Shown piece by piece: positions 10,419 to 20,494 of a stretch of DNA of 64,000 nucleotides. The stretch covers positions 1-64,000 of IMG/VR virus record IMGVR_UViG_3300048591_000242, one strand, 5' to 3'. Made by a program: the position numbers and the translations under genes. Each line of letters begins with the position of its first letter. Positions within the stretch are counted from its first letter, which is position 1. The notes under the pieces were generated by a model, which was not told the DNA's origin, searched no databases, and saw nothing but the letters and a program-made list of their open reading frames with translations. This stretch comes from a virus. Its lineage: Duplodnaviria > Caudoviricetes.

Positions 10419-11252
10419 TCAGGTTACGTATGGGCTAATGTTACCTAACGAATACGTATTAGAAATCTCCTTAGTTGTAAATTTAAGGTCAATATTGGCC
10501 GGAATAAAGTTTGCTATCTGTGCCGCTATAGCCTCATCGTAACTTACGTTTAATCCGCCTACCGTAGTGCTTACAGTTTGAATACTGGCAGTAACTGCTG
10601 CTATTTCAGAAATAGTAGCGAAACCTGTATCCCCATAGATAATCTCTACAGCCGCTATAATCTCTGCTATATCAGTTTCAGTTAGCTTAATCTCAATAGT
10701 GGACTGTACGCTAATATGCTTGCCGCTACTGGTATTTACAGTAGTATTAGAGTATGGAATAGGTACAGGGTTTAACTGCGCTGGAAGAGGTATATACTCA
10801 CTGTCAGTTACCTCTCCATCAGAAACTAACAACTCCTTAATTTCAGGATAAGAAGATTCATAATTAATCTTCTTTAGGTAATACACAAAGTACTGGGTAC
10901 CGTTGTGCTCTTCCAGTCTACGCATGCCGTAGTTCTGTCTGACAGAGGGTGCCAGATCATTACCTACTTCTCGCATAATGAAAGGTAGGTGCTCATATAG
11001 AGCAGCGTGTTTGATGTTGTGTTGTAGAATGTCAATCAGTGTAGAGCCACCGGCCGTCATTCTGCCTCTATGGCCACCACGACCAATAGCGATGTATGAT
11101 AATTCCGGGTAAGCGCCAGCCTCAACTAACGTATTGGCCTCGATGCCGAATTTTTCATTTAATGTGGAATGTTCAATTACTGTAAATGGCTTATTTAATG
11201 CCTTTAACAGTTCAAGATGAGTATGATATATTGTTTTTACGGTAGCGTACAT
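10419..11252 (-). CDS. Probable virion structural protein
   Basis: 277 aa; YIAIGRGGH motif typical of baseplate/tail-associated proteins; sits beside the portal. Confidence 0.6.
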   Translation of the reverse strand: MYATVKTIYHTHLELLKALNKPFTVIEHSTLNEKFGIEANTLVEAGAYPELSYIAIGRGGHRGRMTAGGSTLIDILQHNIKHAALYEHLPFIMREVGNDLAPSVRQNYGMRRLEEHNGTQYFVYYLKKINYESSYPEIKELLVSDGEVTDSEYIPLPAQLNPVPIPYSNTTVNTSSGKHISVQSTIEIKLTETDIAEIIAAVEIIYGDTGFATISEIAAVTASIQTVSTTVGGLNVSYDEAIAAQIANFIPANIDLKFTTKEISNTYSLGNISPYVT

Positions 11253-11255
11253 TTG

Positions 11256-13349
11256 TTAAACATCCTCTATAACAGTTGTAGTAACTGGACCGGACTCCAG
11301 ATTACCCAAATCTAATTTATACGTACAGGTATCTCCACATACGTAAGTTAATGCCAGATCCGACATCACTAATCTATAGCTCTGTTTGTGTACAGGTATT
11401 CTAGTTAGTATTATATCGGAATTACTAAGTTTTGTAGACACAGCTACGGAATCTTTTACGCCTAAGCCATCCACTCCAGACAACAATGTGTGCGCCTCAC
11501 TATGGCCATATGCATAGCCCACTGGAAATATCCATGGGTAGTCATAGACCATACCGGGTTTATCTTTAGTACCATCAGAAAATATTATACCATAACTAGT
11601 TAGTAGTTTTAGTATTTCTATTAGGGCCGTATGCTTGTTGCTAAGACTAACGCTGCCTATATCTATACCGACAACTATATTTAGTATATTAGTTATAAGT
11701 AGTAGGTACTCTTCTTCGGTAAATAACTCACTGGGGAATTCCAGGTTAGTTAACCAGGCTTCCCACGTAGTACCAGAGGGCACTAGGCTACAGGTAGTGT
11801 TGACGTAGATGGATTGTAACGTATCCCACAATGCAGATCTATCTAGCTCACCATGGGGTAATCTAGAAAGCAGGTAGTGGCCATAATACTGAGCCGATAC
11901 ATCTTCTCCTAAAGTCCTAAGTTCTTCCGTAGTACTTATAAGAGGTATACCTAATAGACCAGCTAATGCCAGTGTAAGATATCCTTTTTCTGCTACTGAT
12001 TCCGTTACCGTGGCAGTAAGGTCTAAGCCGCTAGGATATCTAGTAGGTAGTACATTACGTACACCTACATCAGGTATTACTTCATTATCGTTGTTACTGT
12101 GTAACCTATGTAAGGCATACATTAGCAATATGGCGGTATTGGTAAGCGTAAGACTTAGGCTACCATAGTCACCTAAATCTAACTCTACTACTGCTCTGGA
12201 TTTACCCAATGAGCATAAATAAAACCAATGATTTAATGCTTGTATTTGTGGGTTACTAAATAGCTCTCCAGATCTTACACCTGCATTTAGCTCGACTATA
12301 CCTGTAGGAATTTCATTTATAGTAGTAGATTTAGCTTTAGTGGTTACATTTATAACGTCACTTTCAAAGTCTTCCTCACCATGAATACCTATTTCTTTAG
12401 TAAGAGAGACTACGTGCTCAGTATCGTACCTATCCTTTATTTTTACATTAAAGCTGGACTCTTTATAGTCTGACTTTAGAAACATAGGGGTAATAGATCT
12501 GTCTCTTATTAGAGTACTGTCGTCTTGAGTAACATCATACTTGCTAGCCCTTATGTTAGCCGGTTCAGTTATGTTTTCAAGTAACGCTATTAGAGTCTTT
12601 TCTTTACCTACGTTATGTCGCAGGTAATCTATGTTACGATACAAATACAGGGCCTGTCTGTTAGATAGATATTCACGATATCTATCCAGCCTATACTTGC
12701 TGCCTAACTTACTCCATAGGTGAAACTCAGCTACTTCAGCAGTAAGACATGACTCCAATCTGAAGTTCATTATAGCTGTAGTTATGGAATGGTACATTAC
12801 CGCTAACATGGCAGCAGGATATAGTGGGTCTGTTATTGCAAAGGAATAAATGTGCCATCTATTACCATATGCGTATAGCCATTTTTGTAATTTAGGTATT
12901 AGAGATCTCTCTCTGGAGTGTATTAGAAGCGGATCGTGTGAGAGTATTGTGAAGTCTGGGGCTTCTATTGCCTCATTTATATCTACAGGATCAAATATCC
13001 TAAGAATCAAATCTCTTTGATTGGGATACTTACCTAGCAGTTCTTCATGATAGATTCCGTGTGGACCATAGTCTGCGAAAGTAAGTGGGTGGTTTAATAG
13101 ATTACCTTTGGTAAGCTCTATGGTCTCCTGGGTATCCGACGATATAACTGTCATAGCCACATCTGAGATATGATATTCACCAGATATATTTCTGTAGTAT
13201 TTCCAGGTAGACGGTACATCAGTCACTACAAAGCCCGTGGCCTGTAGATAATTATTTTGTAGTTCAATGGTTTGTTGTGATTTGATACACAGGCTTTTAG
13301 TTAAAGATATGTTATCCTCAACATATGCCTTAAATTGCGGCGAATGCAT
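11256..13349 (-). CDS. Probable virion structural protein (phiKZ gp128-like position)
   Basis: 697 aa; WKYYRNISGEYH motif; divergent from the portal gene as in phiKZ. Confidence 0.6.
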   Translation of the reverse strand: MHSPQFKAYVEDNISLTKSLCIKSQQTIELQNNYLQATGFVVTDVPSTWKYYRNISGEYHISDVAMTVISSDTQETIELTKGNLLNHPLTFADYGPHGIYHEELLGKYPNQRDLILRIFDPVDINEAIEAPDFTILSHDPLLIHSRERSLIPKLQKWLYAYGNRWHIYSFAITDPLYPAAMLAVMYHSITTAIMNFRLESCLTAEVAEFHLWSKLGSKYRLDRYREYLSNRQALYLYRNIDYLRHNVGKEKTLIALLENITEPANIRASKYDVTQDDSTLIRDRSITPMFLKSDYKESSFNVKIKDRYDTEHVVSLTKEIGIHGEEDFESDVINVTTKAKSTTINEIPTGIVELNAGVRSGELFSNPQIQALNHWFYLCSLGKSRAVVELDLGDYGSLSLTLTNTAILLMYALHRLHSNNDNEVIPDVGVRNVLPTRYPSGLDLTATVTESVAEKGYLTLALAGLLGIPLISTTEELRTLGEDVSAQYYGHYLLSRLPHGELDRSALWDTLQSIYVNTTCSLVPSGTTWEAWLTNLEFPSELFTEEEYLLLITNILNIVVGIDIGSVSLSNKHTALIEILKLLTSYGIIFSDGTKDKPGMVYDYPWIFPVGYAYGHSEAHTLLSGVDGLGVKDSVAVSTKLSNSDIILTRIPVHKQSYRLVMSDLALTYVCGDTCTYKLDLGNLESGPVTTTVIEDV

Positions 13350-13516
13350 GATTGCGTTCCTCGGCTAATAGGTGCCTGTCTTTAGTTTATGCAGAGCAAT
13401 AACTGCCCTGTGGGTGCATTTATTCACATACCATCCCTCTACTGTATAGCTATAGAGGGGTTGGTTATTATTTAAACGATTTTAATAGAATTAAAACTCC
13501 GTTGGAGAATTTTAGA

Positions 13517-15910
13517 ATGAGTAAAACTAGCAGAATAGCGGCAAAAAACACCAGCATCAAATCTGCTGACATAGAGGCTAAGCTAAGAATAAGTAGCAAG
13601 GTAATTGTACCTGAGCCTGAAGCTAAGAAACGTAATAGACAAAAGCCCAGTGAGATTGAGTTAACGGCACTAGCAAATGAAATAGCTGTCTCTGTAAATG
13701 ACAACAGAGCTATGATGGAGCTATTGCCGGATCTAAAACTAGTAAAGCGTATACTAGTCCCATCTATACTGTCTCCTAAAGATTTAAGTAGTGTAGCTAT
13801 ACGTTTAAGTGTAGACGATGCTACCTATGATGAAGAAATTGATCCTGAGTTAATTAAGTCAATAGAGAAGCACTTTAAATCTACATTCGACTTTGAGTCT
13901 AAAATGAAAGATATTTTAGACGATGCCCTATTTGATTATGGCGCATACTGCATGGTAGTTATTCCGGAGTCTACTCTGATTAATTTAATAGCTAGTAATA
14001 AGATTACTGGTATGGAGTCCTATAAAAACATAATGGGATCTAACTCCAGCATATTCAGCAGTAAGAAGATTTTAGGTGATGGTACTAAGCATAGCGCAGC
14101 TATAAAGAAATCAGGGGTAATTATCACAGATAATCCTACTTGTCTACTGGGATCTACCATTCGTGAGGCTTGCCTATCTACCGCTATTCGTTCTAATCTA
14201 GGTATGGAATACTACCGTACTGAACCGGAAGTATCTTTTGGACACGGGCATATAGCTAAAACCAACACCAAAAATAACCCGCTGGTAATGAAGATACCGG
14301 TAGATTCTGTTATACCGGTACACACACCTAGCGACCCATCAAATCACGTGGGCTATTACATTCTGTTGGACGTAAACGGCACTCCTCTTAGTACAATAAA
14401 AGCCGATGATAATTTAGGTAAACTAAAGGAGCAGTTAAATAAAGCTGCCGCCGGTACTGCTTTAGGTGGATTAATAGAATCTACTGGATTCACTATAGGT
14501 CAGTTTACTAAATCGGTAAATGCAGACCCTAAAACGTTTATTAACAAATACATCGAGTTAGTAGATGAGGAGTTAGAATCTCAGCTAAAGAACGGTGTCT
14601 ATGGCCCAGAAGTAAAAGTATCTAAACCCACTGAAGTATATTACACTATGCTTTCTCGTGTATTAGAGTCTAAGCAAACTAGACTTCTATATATACCTAA
14701 GGAGTTAGTTGGGTATTTTGCTTTCTACTATGACGACAACGGCGTAGGTAAATCTTTATTAGAGGATACTAAGGTATTTGGTTCTCTAAGGGCTATTTTG
14801 ATGTTTGCTGAAGTAATGGCGGGTGTCAAAGGGGCTGTAGGTAGAACTAGATTAGACATTACTCTGGATGGAGATGATCCTGATCCTAATGCCACGGTAG
14901 AGGCTATTATACAGCATTTCTCCGGTATGCAAACTGAGGCCTTACCTTTGGGTAGATTAGCCGCAGGCGACATCGTACGGGCTTTACAGAAGGCCGGTAT
15001 AGAGGTTAATATAGATGGAGGCGAAGCTTTCCCTGGTACGAAAACTGAAGTAACTGATTCTACCAGAGAATATCACTCTCCAGACTCCGAATTATCTGAT
15101 AAGCTACGTCGTATGCAGTATAGTGGTTTTGGTATACCTCCAGAAATAGTAGATAGTGCTATGGAAGGGGAGTTAGCTACTGTAGTAGTATCTAGAAACC
15201 AGTTATACGCTAAGCAGGTTATGGAGTATGCGAGTAGCTTTGAGAAAATGGCTTCGTCATTTATACGTACTTACATCCGCTGCTCTGGTGAGTTATTAGG
15301 TATCATAAGGGATGCTGTAGGGGAAGAAAAGACCTTACGCTTTATTGAGTCTATAGAACTTAAATTACCTTCTCCAGATTTAGCTGGTGTAAGGTCACAA
15401 GCAGAGGCATTTACTGAATACTCAGAAGCTGTAGATAAGGTAGTAGAGTCATACGTTACCTCTGATATGTTATCCGACTGGTTAAACGGTGAGGTAGATA
15501 GCGCTATGTTATCCTCTTTACGTATTTCCATAGCTAACCTTATGAAGCGCGAATGGCTGACTCAGCAAAACATATTCCCGGAGATAGCTACTAAACTGGC
15601 TAGTGGTGAGGTAAGTGATAGAATTATCGAATACAACGCTACTACACTTAAATCTTTAGAGAAGATTCTGACTAAGTTAGCTAAGGCCGAACTTAAGGTT
15701 GGAGGCGCCATTAATAAGGCACGTGAACCTGAACCTGAACCTGAGGAAGAAGAGGAAGAACCAATGGATGACTCCTCTGAAGAGCCTACGGATGACTCTG
15801 GTGATTTGGGTACAGATACAGAAGAGTCTGGAGAAGAAGAGAATACCGATGCATTACCTGAAGAAGGGGAAGACGATTTAGGGGAAGACGAAATCCCTGA
15901 AGAGTTTTAA
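13517..15910 (+). CDS. Portal protein (phiKZ gp129-like) with long acidic C-terminal tail
   Basis: ~800 aa; IPVHTPSDPSNHVGYYILLD and GKSLLEDTK motifs; GGAG RBS before ATG 13517; synteny. Confidence 0.7.
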   Translation: MSKTSRIAAKNTSIKSADIEAKLRISSKVIVPEPEAKKRNRQKPSEIELTALANEIAVSVNDNRAMMELLPDLKLVKRILVPSILSPKDLSSVAIRLSVDDATYDEEIDPELIKSIEKHFKSTFDFESKMKDILDDALFDYGAYCMVVIPESTLINLIASNKITGMESYKNIMGSNSSIFSSKKILGDGTKHSAAIKKSGVIITDNPTCLLGSTIREACLSTAIRSNLGMEYYRTEPEVSFGHGHIAKTNTKNNPLVMKIPVDSVIPVHTPSDPSNHVGYYILLDVNGTPLSTIKADDNLGKLKEQLNKAAAGTALGGLIESTGFTIGQFTKSVNADPKTFINKYIELVDEELESQLKNGVYGPEVKVSKPTEVYYTMLSRVLESKQTRLLYIPKELVGYFAFYYDDNGVGKSLLEDTKVFGSLRAILMFAEVMAGVKGAVGRTRLDITLDGDDPDPNATVEAIIQHFSGMQTEALPLGRLAAGDIVRALQKAGIEVNIDGGEAFPGTKTEVTDSTREYHSPDSELSDKLRRMQYSGFGIPPEIVDSAMEGELATVVVSRNQLYAKQVMEYASSFEKMASSFIRTYIRCSGELLGIIRDAVGEEKTLRFIESIELKLPSPDLAGVRSQAEAFTEYSEAVDKVVESYVTSDMLSDWLNGEVDSAMLSSLRISIANLMKREWLTQQNIFPEIATKLASGEVSDRIIEYNATTLKSLEKILTKLAKAELKVGGAINKAREPEPEPEEEEEEPMDDSSEEPTDDSGDLGTDTEESGEEENTDALPEEGEDDLGEDEIPEEF

Positions 15911-15939
15911 CAATAACTAACTAAAAAGGTGTATTTAAA

Positions 15940-16488
15940 ATGTCAACAAAAGAAACTAAAATCCCAAGCAAACGATATCCTGCTCGCACTGATAGAGATT
16001 TAATCAGTGACGTAGCACACATCAGTGCTTTGCCCCCTACCTTTGTATCTCGTACGGTAACTACTATACTTACCTATGTAGGGGATAAGCTTTTATCTGG
16101 TTATGCTGTACGGATAAAAGGCGTTGGGTTATTAGCTATAAAGAAGACATACTTAGGTAACTGGACTGGGGCTATCTATCATAGTCCTTCTGGTATCCCT
16201 AATCTGAAAATACTAAAGCAGCGTGAGCTAGTTAATTACCTGGCTACTAATCATAAGCTTTGTGATGATCCAGTACTTACCTATACCTCCTTCTGGGAGA
16301 CTATGGCTGACATTATCCGTGACCGTCTAAACGGTGGCTACGAGATTAATGTGTTGGACATCGGTGTGATTATTCCGGGTAACTATGGGGCAAAGAATGC
16401 TAGATGGCATATATCGCCTCTGACGCAATGTAAGCTTACTCAGAAGGAGTTAGATAGCTACACTATAGATAACACTGCTACTGCTTAA
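15940..16488 (+). CDS. Protein with two tandem HU/IHF-like domains
   Basis: DLISDVAHISAL...DKLLSGYAVRIKGVG and ELVNYLATNHKL...DRLNGGYEINVLDIG each follow the HU pattern. Confidence 0.55.
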   Translation: MSTKETKIPSKRYPARTDRDLISDVAHISALPPTFVSRTVTTILTYVGDKLLSGYAVRIKGVGLLAIKKTYLGNWTGAIYHSPSGIPNLKILKQRELVNYLATNHKLCDDPVLTYTSFWETMADIIRDRLNGGYEINVLDIGVIIPGNYGAKNARWHISPLTQCKLTQKELDSYTIDNTATA

Positions 16489-16501
16489 ACACACCTTAGA
16501 A

Positions 16502-16527
16502 GACACTACAGGAGCTCCTGTAGTGTC
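16502..16527. repeat. Perfect 26-bp palindrome
   Basis: GACACTACAGGAG|CTCCTGTAGTGTC. Confidence 0.9.
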
Positions 16528-16537
16528 CTTATTATAA

Positions 16538-17570
16538 TGTGCTATCTATATTAATCGGAGAAACCTACGTGTCTAATACTAATTCTAAATATCCAAAACC
16601 TTTAGAGTACTTCGGTAAACCGATTTCTATTTCTTTAGATAAGAAAAGGACTATAGTTACCTCAAGTAAGGATAAACGCATATACGTATTAGAAATGCAA
16701 AAAAGCTGGATAATTTCAGACATTCTAATACCTACAGAAAATAACTTAGTAGCTTGGGGTGATCTAGCGGTACTCTCAGGCAATGGTAACGTGATCGCAG
16801 TAAACGGTGTACTAGAAAGCTTTCATAGCTTTATAACGCTATACGTAAGTGACGGTATAGGCTGGCTAGAAACCTACACCGTAAAGCTACCCAAGGGAGC
16901 TACCATTAAGAATATCTGTCTCTGTAAAACCGGTAAAACATTTTCTGTTACTTTAGCCTATTTACCGGATAGAACTAGTGTATTTACCTACGTAAGAGAA
17001 AATGACATCTGGCGAAATGAGTACACATATAGCAAAGGTATAAGCTGTAGTAGGGCATTACTCTCGGTAGACGGTACTTTACTAGTAACGCAGACTAGAG
17101 ATAACTCTATACAGCTATACGAACTAGGTAAAACTGTTTGGGTATACCTAACAGAGGTATTACCTAGTATGGAAAATAAGGAAGACTATAGCTTCGGTAA
17201 GAATCTAGCACTATCTAACTGTAATAGGCTATTAGCTATAGAAGAGAGTTACATAGATAGTACCGACAATAAGCGCACTGTAGTAATACATTTATACGAG
17301 TTTATACTCAGTGAGCTTGTGTATTTAGGAGTAATACCTATAATAACTGAAGGGGAGATTACTCATCTTACTGGTATGCTAGTAGAAAATGAAAGACTAG
17401 CTATAAGTCTTATCTGTAAAACTAAAGACTCTGATTATTGCCCGGTAATTAGAGTATACAAAAGAGAAGTGGATAATTGGAGTCTAGTACACGAGCAATC
17501 TAAGTACATAGAAGACTTAGACAAAGTTAACTTTGCCGTAGTCTATAGTCTAAACGGCGTTTTATTGTAA
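16538..17570 (+). CDS. Degenerate beta-propeller protein
   Basis: 343 aa; repeated LSGNGNVIAV / LSVDGTLLV / LSNCNRLLAI blades. Confidence 0.55.
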
Positions 17571-17579
17571 ACTATAAAA

Positions 17580-17834
17580 ATGGGGTTTAAAATGTATAAA
17601 ACTAAAAAGCAAAAAGAATACCGTAGTAAACGGGACGTAATAGTGGCTAATAACCTAGTAGAAACCGAAAAAGTAAAGCCCGCTGTACTTACTAGGGACA
17701 TGCTAAATACCCATATAGTGGAATTTCTTTCAAAAGGAGGCGGCATACAGACTGTTCCGCCAGAGAAGGGCTACATAAAAAGACCCCATAGACCGGCTGG
17801 GGTAGCTATACACGGAGATACCTCTATAGACTAA
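17580..17834 (+). CDS. Small SutA-like protein
   Basis: RDMLNTHIVEFLSKGGGIQTVPP resembles the conserved Pseudomonas SutA core as I recall it (RDALAKAMEEFLSRGGKVQEIEP). Confidence 0.45.
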   Translation: MGFKMYKTKKQKEYRSKRDVIVANNLVETEKVKPAVLTRDMLNTHIVEFLSKGGGIQTVPPEKGYIKRPHRPAGVAIHGDTSID

Positions 17835-17927
17835 GCTGTACTGCGTGTATAAAAAAACACAGTAAAAGGATCTTCTAGGGAACAATGCCCTGAAAACGTA
17901 CCTTTTAATCTGTATAGGAAAAACAAA

Positions 17928-18218
17928 ATGAGTGATACTATTACAAAAGCAAACATTATCGACGAAGTAGCCGTAGCTGCCGAAATCCCTACAAGCGTAG
18001 CCTCTGTAGCGGTAAACAAGGTATTTGAATCTATTACTACTCACGTCGCAAGCGGTAAGTCCGTAGCTATAGCAGGCTTCGGTAGCTTTAACCCAGTAAA
18101 ACGAGAAGCCCGTACTGGCCGTAATCCAGCTACCGGTGCAGCTATGAAGATTCCGGCTAAAACCGTATGTAACTTTAAAGCCGGTAAAAAGCTTAAAGAA
18201 GCTGTAAACTGTAAGTAA
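17928..18218 (+). CDS. hup: HU histone-like DNA-binding protein
   Basis: TKANII...GKSVAIAGFGSF...REARTGRNPATG...FKAGKKLKEAVN. Confidence 0.95.
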   Translation: MSDTITKANIIDEVAVAAEIPTSVASVAVNKVFESITTHVASGKSVAIAGFGSFNPVKREARTGRNPATGAAMKIPAKTVCNFKAGKKLKEAVNCK

Positions 18219-18340
18219 GTGTAAATGTATAAAGGTATACTCACTCTGCTTAGTCGGAGTGAGTAGCTTTTATGCCGTAGTCTATAGGGGGATACTATAT
18301 ACCCCGTACCTTATACCCTATGTAAAAGGAAACTAGTAAA

Positions 18341-19252
18341 ATGCGACACTCTCTTTTATACCCACTCTCTATCGGTATAGTAGCCGAAAATAAGCCTATA
18401 GATACTCCCCTTATACAGGCCTTACCTATAGAGCTTTTAAATCTAATGGACGGAGAATTACACTCCGATACTACTCCCCTAAAGTCTAGCGGCTTAAACG
18501 AAAACGAAACCGTCTATAAAGTAGAAGTAAACGTAGGCAGTACTATAGAAGCCGAGTGGCTAGGCGAGACTAACCGGGTAACCTCCCCAAACGTACGTAG
18601 AGGCGAGCAGGTAATGCTCTACCGTACAAAGGACTCAGATAAGTACTACTGGCTATCCTTAGGTAGAGACGACCTTTTACGTAGACTAGAAACCGTAATC
18701 TATAGATACTCAGGCTTACCCGATAACATAGACGAAGACGTTACCGAGGAAAATTCTTATTACGCTGAAGTCTCTACCCATGAGAAAACAATAACCGTAA
18801 AAACCAGTAAGCGTAATGGCGAGTACTGTATTTATACCGTGCAATTAAATCCAGGTAAAGGCAACCTTACAATACAGGATGATCTAGGAAACTATATACA
18901 ACTAGATTCCAAAAACACGACTATCCATGCAGTAAATAAAGACGGCTCTTTACTGGAAATAAATAAAAAGAAAATCCGTATGCAGGCTAAAGACGGAATA
19001 TCTATAGCTACAAAAGAGTGCTCCCTAGAAACCGACTCCCTATACTTAGGCGCTACCTCCCTTACCGTAGACTGCCCAGAGTCTATCTTTAAAGGCACTA
19101 TTACTACCGACGGTGTATATACAAAAGCCTTAGAGTCAGAAGCCGCTATAGTCACTCCCGGTATCTCAGGCGCCCCCTTTATCCCTGTCCCTATAGCCGT
19201 AAAAGTCCCTATGGCTATAGAGTCCGCTAAGCCCGTAAAATACCCCTTTTAA
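18341..19252 (+). CDS. Probable baseplate central spike (gp5/gpV-like)
   Basis: OB-fold-like N-terminus (SPNVRRGEQVMLY) followed by short beta-strand repeats. Confidence 0.5.
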   Translation: MRHSLLYPLSIGIVAENKPIDTPLIQALPIELLNLMDGELHSDTTPLKSSGLNENETVYKVEVNVGSTIEAEWLGETNRVTSPNVRRGEQVMLYRTKDSDKYYWLSLGRDDLLRRLETVIYRYSGLPDNIDEDVTEENSYYAEVSTHEKTITVKTSKRNGEYCIYTVQLNPGKGNLTIQDDLGNYIQLDSKNTTIHAVNKDGSLLEINKKKIRMQAKDGISIATKECSLETDSLYLGATSLTVDCPESIFKGTITTDGVYTKALESEAAIVTPGISGAPFIPVPIAVKVPMAIESAKPVKYPF

Positions 19253-19301
19253 AATACTATGGTTTCCCCCTTACTCTCTCCTATAAAAGGATACTCTAAT
19301 T

Positions 19302-19859
19302 ATGAAAATTACTAAGATTTACCTAGCTACCCTACTCTCCTGTATACTTATACTCTCCGGCTGTCAAACCTTTACTAAAGCCGTAGACTATACAGTAAAC
19401 GCTACTACCGTAGCCTCCTCTATAAAGTATCTAGACAAAAACCTAGATCAGTCTCTAAAAGCCTTATATACCTCTGACTTTTATACAGAAGAGGAAAAGA
19501 CTACTGTAGAAAGACTAGTAGTAGAAATAGATTACCTTTTAGCAGAAGCTGAGTCTATCCTAGCAAACGGCTCTACTGCAGAAAGACTAGTAAAAGCAAA
19601 AGACCTAAATAAATTAATCCTTATGGCCCGCTCTACTTACCTAGAAACAGAAGCCCTAGTCTCTCGTAATTTCGATAAGTATCCCCCAGAGCAGCAAGCT
19701 ATGTTTAGAAAGACAAGAGACACTCTAGTAGACTTAGACAAAGCCTGGATTAAAATTACTACTGACTCTGAAGGCGAAGACGTCACTCACGTTATAACCG
19801 GAGTACTCTCTGTAGTAGGTACTATGATTACCCTTATAGAGCCTTATACTAAAGACTAG
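19302..19859 (+). CDS. Lipoprotein
   Basis: Signal peptide with lipobox LSGC at Cys21; AAGGA RBS. Confidence 0.75.
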   Translation: MKITKIYLATLLSCILILSGCQTFTKAVDYTVNATTVASSIKYLDKNLDQSLKALYTSDFYTEEEKTTVERLVVEIDYLLAEAESILANGSTAERLVKAKDLNKLILMARSTYLETEALVSRNFDKYPPEQQAMFRKTRDTLVDLDKAWIKITTDSEGEDVTHVITGVLSVVGTMITLIEPYTKD

Positions 19860-20034
19860 CTTTCTCCCTATACCCCTATACTCTAATACGGTATAGGGGT
19901 ATAGCCTTTATGCCCTACTTTACCAAATTACAGCATACAGTCTCCCCTACACGCCTCTAGTACGTGTAGAAGATTCCATTACCCTATATCCCCAGTATCC
20001 GTATAGTATCTTTTCTTCAGTATATACTCAAACC

Positions 20035-20050
20035 TATATTACCCCTCTAG
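20035..20050 (+). promoter_or_regulatory. Putative early promoter TATATTAC-N5-TAG
   Basis: Exact TATATTAC inside the 630-bp non-coding gap. Confidence 0.5.
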
Positions 20051-20335
20051 TATAGTACTATTACCCTACCCCTGTATAAGCTTACTTAAAGTATTTTAAG
20101 AGTATACTTTAGTACGCTATTACGCAGGTACTGTGTAGCTACTACCCATACCCTTTCCTATACCCTACCTTCTAGTATAGGCAGTAGTAGAGTATGTCGG
20201 CTAGTATAGACTCTCATTTAATTAAAGGAGTGTCTAGCTAAAAAGAGCTAGACAGCTTATTCTTTACTGTATAGCCTAAGGGCTATACAGTAGTCTAAAG
20301 CTTTAACCTATGTTGATACCCCCTCTAATAAGGAA

Positions 20336-20381
20336 GGGGGACTATTTACTGTATGAAGAGATATACAGTAAATAGTCCCCC
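20336..20381. repeat. Perfect 19-bp inverted repeat
   Basis: GGGGGACTATTTACTGTAT-8 nt-ATACAGTAAATAGTCCCCC. Confidence 0.9.
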
Positions 20382-20494
20382 CTCTTTTCAGAGAGACTAC
20401 CAACCCAAATTATCAAATATCCTTGTAAAAAATAATATTTATATTTAACTCAATTAACTTACTTTATGTAACCCACACTAAGGAGAATATACCA

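Noticed and set aside
19302-19859. Lipoprotein as o-spanin of a lysis cassette
   Set aside because: No adjacent i-spanin or holin is evident, and the endolysin is 5 kb away on the other strand; function left open
19860-20494. tRNA genes in the large intergenic gap
   Set aside because: No cloverleaf or T-loop GTTC.A pattern seen
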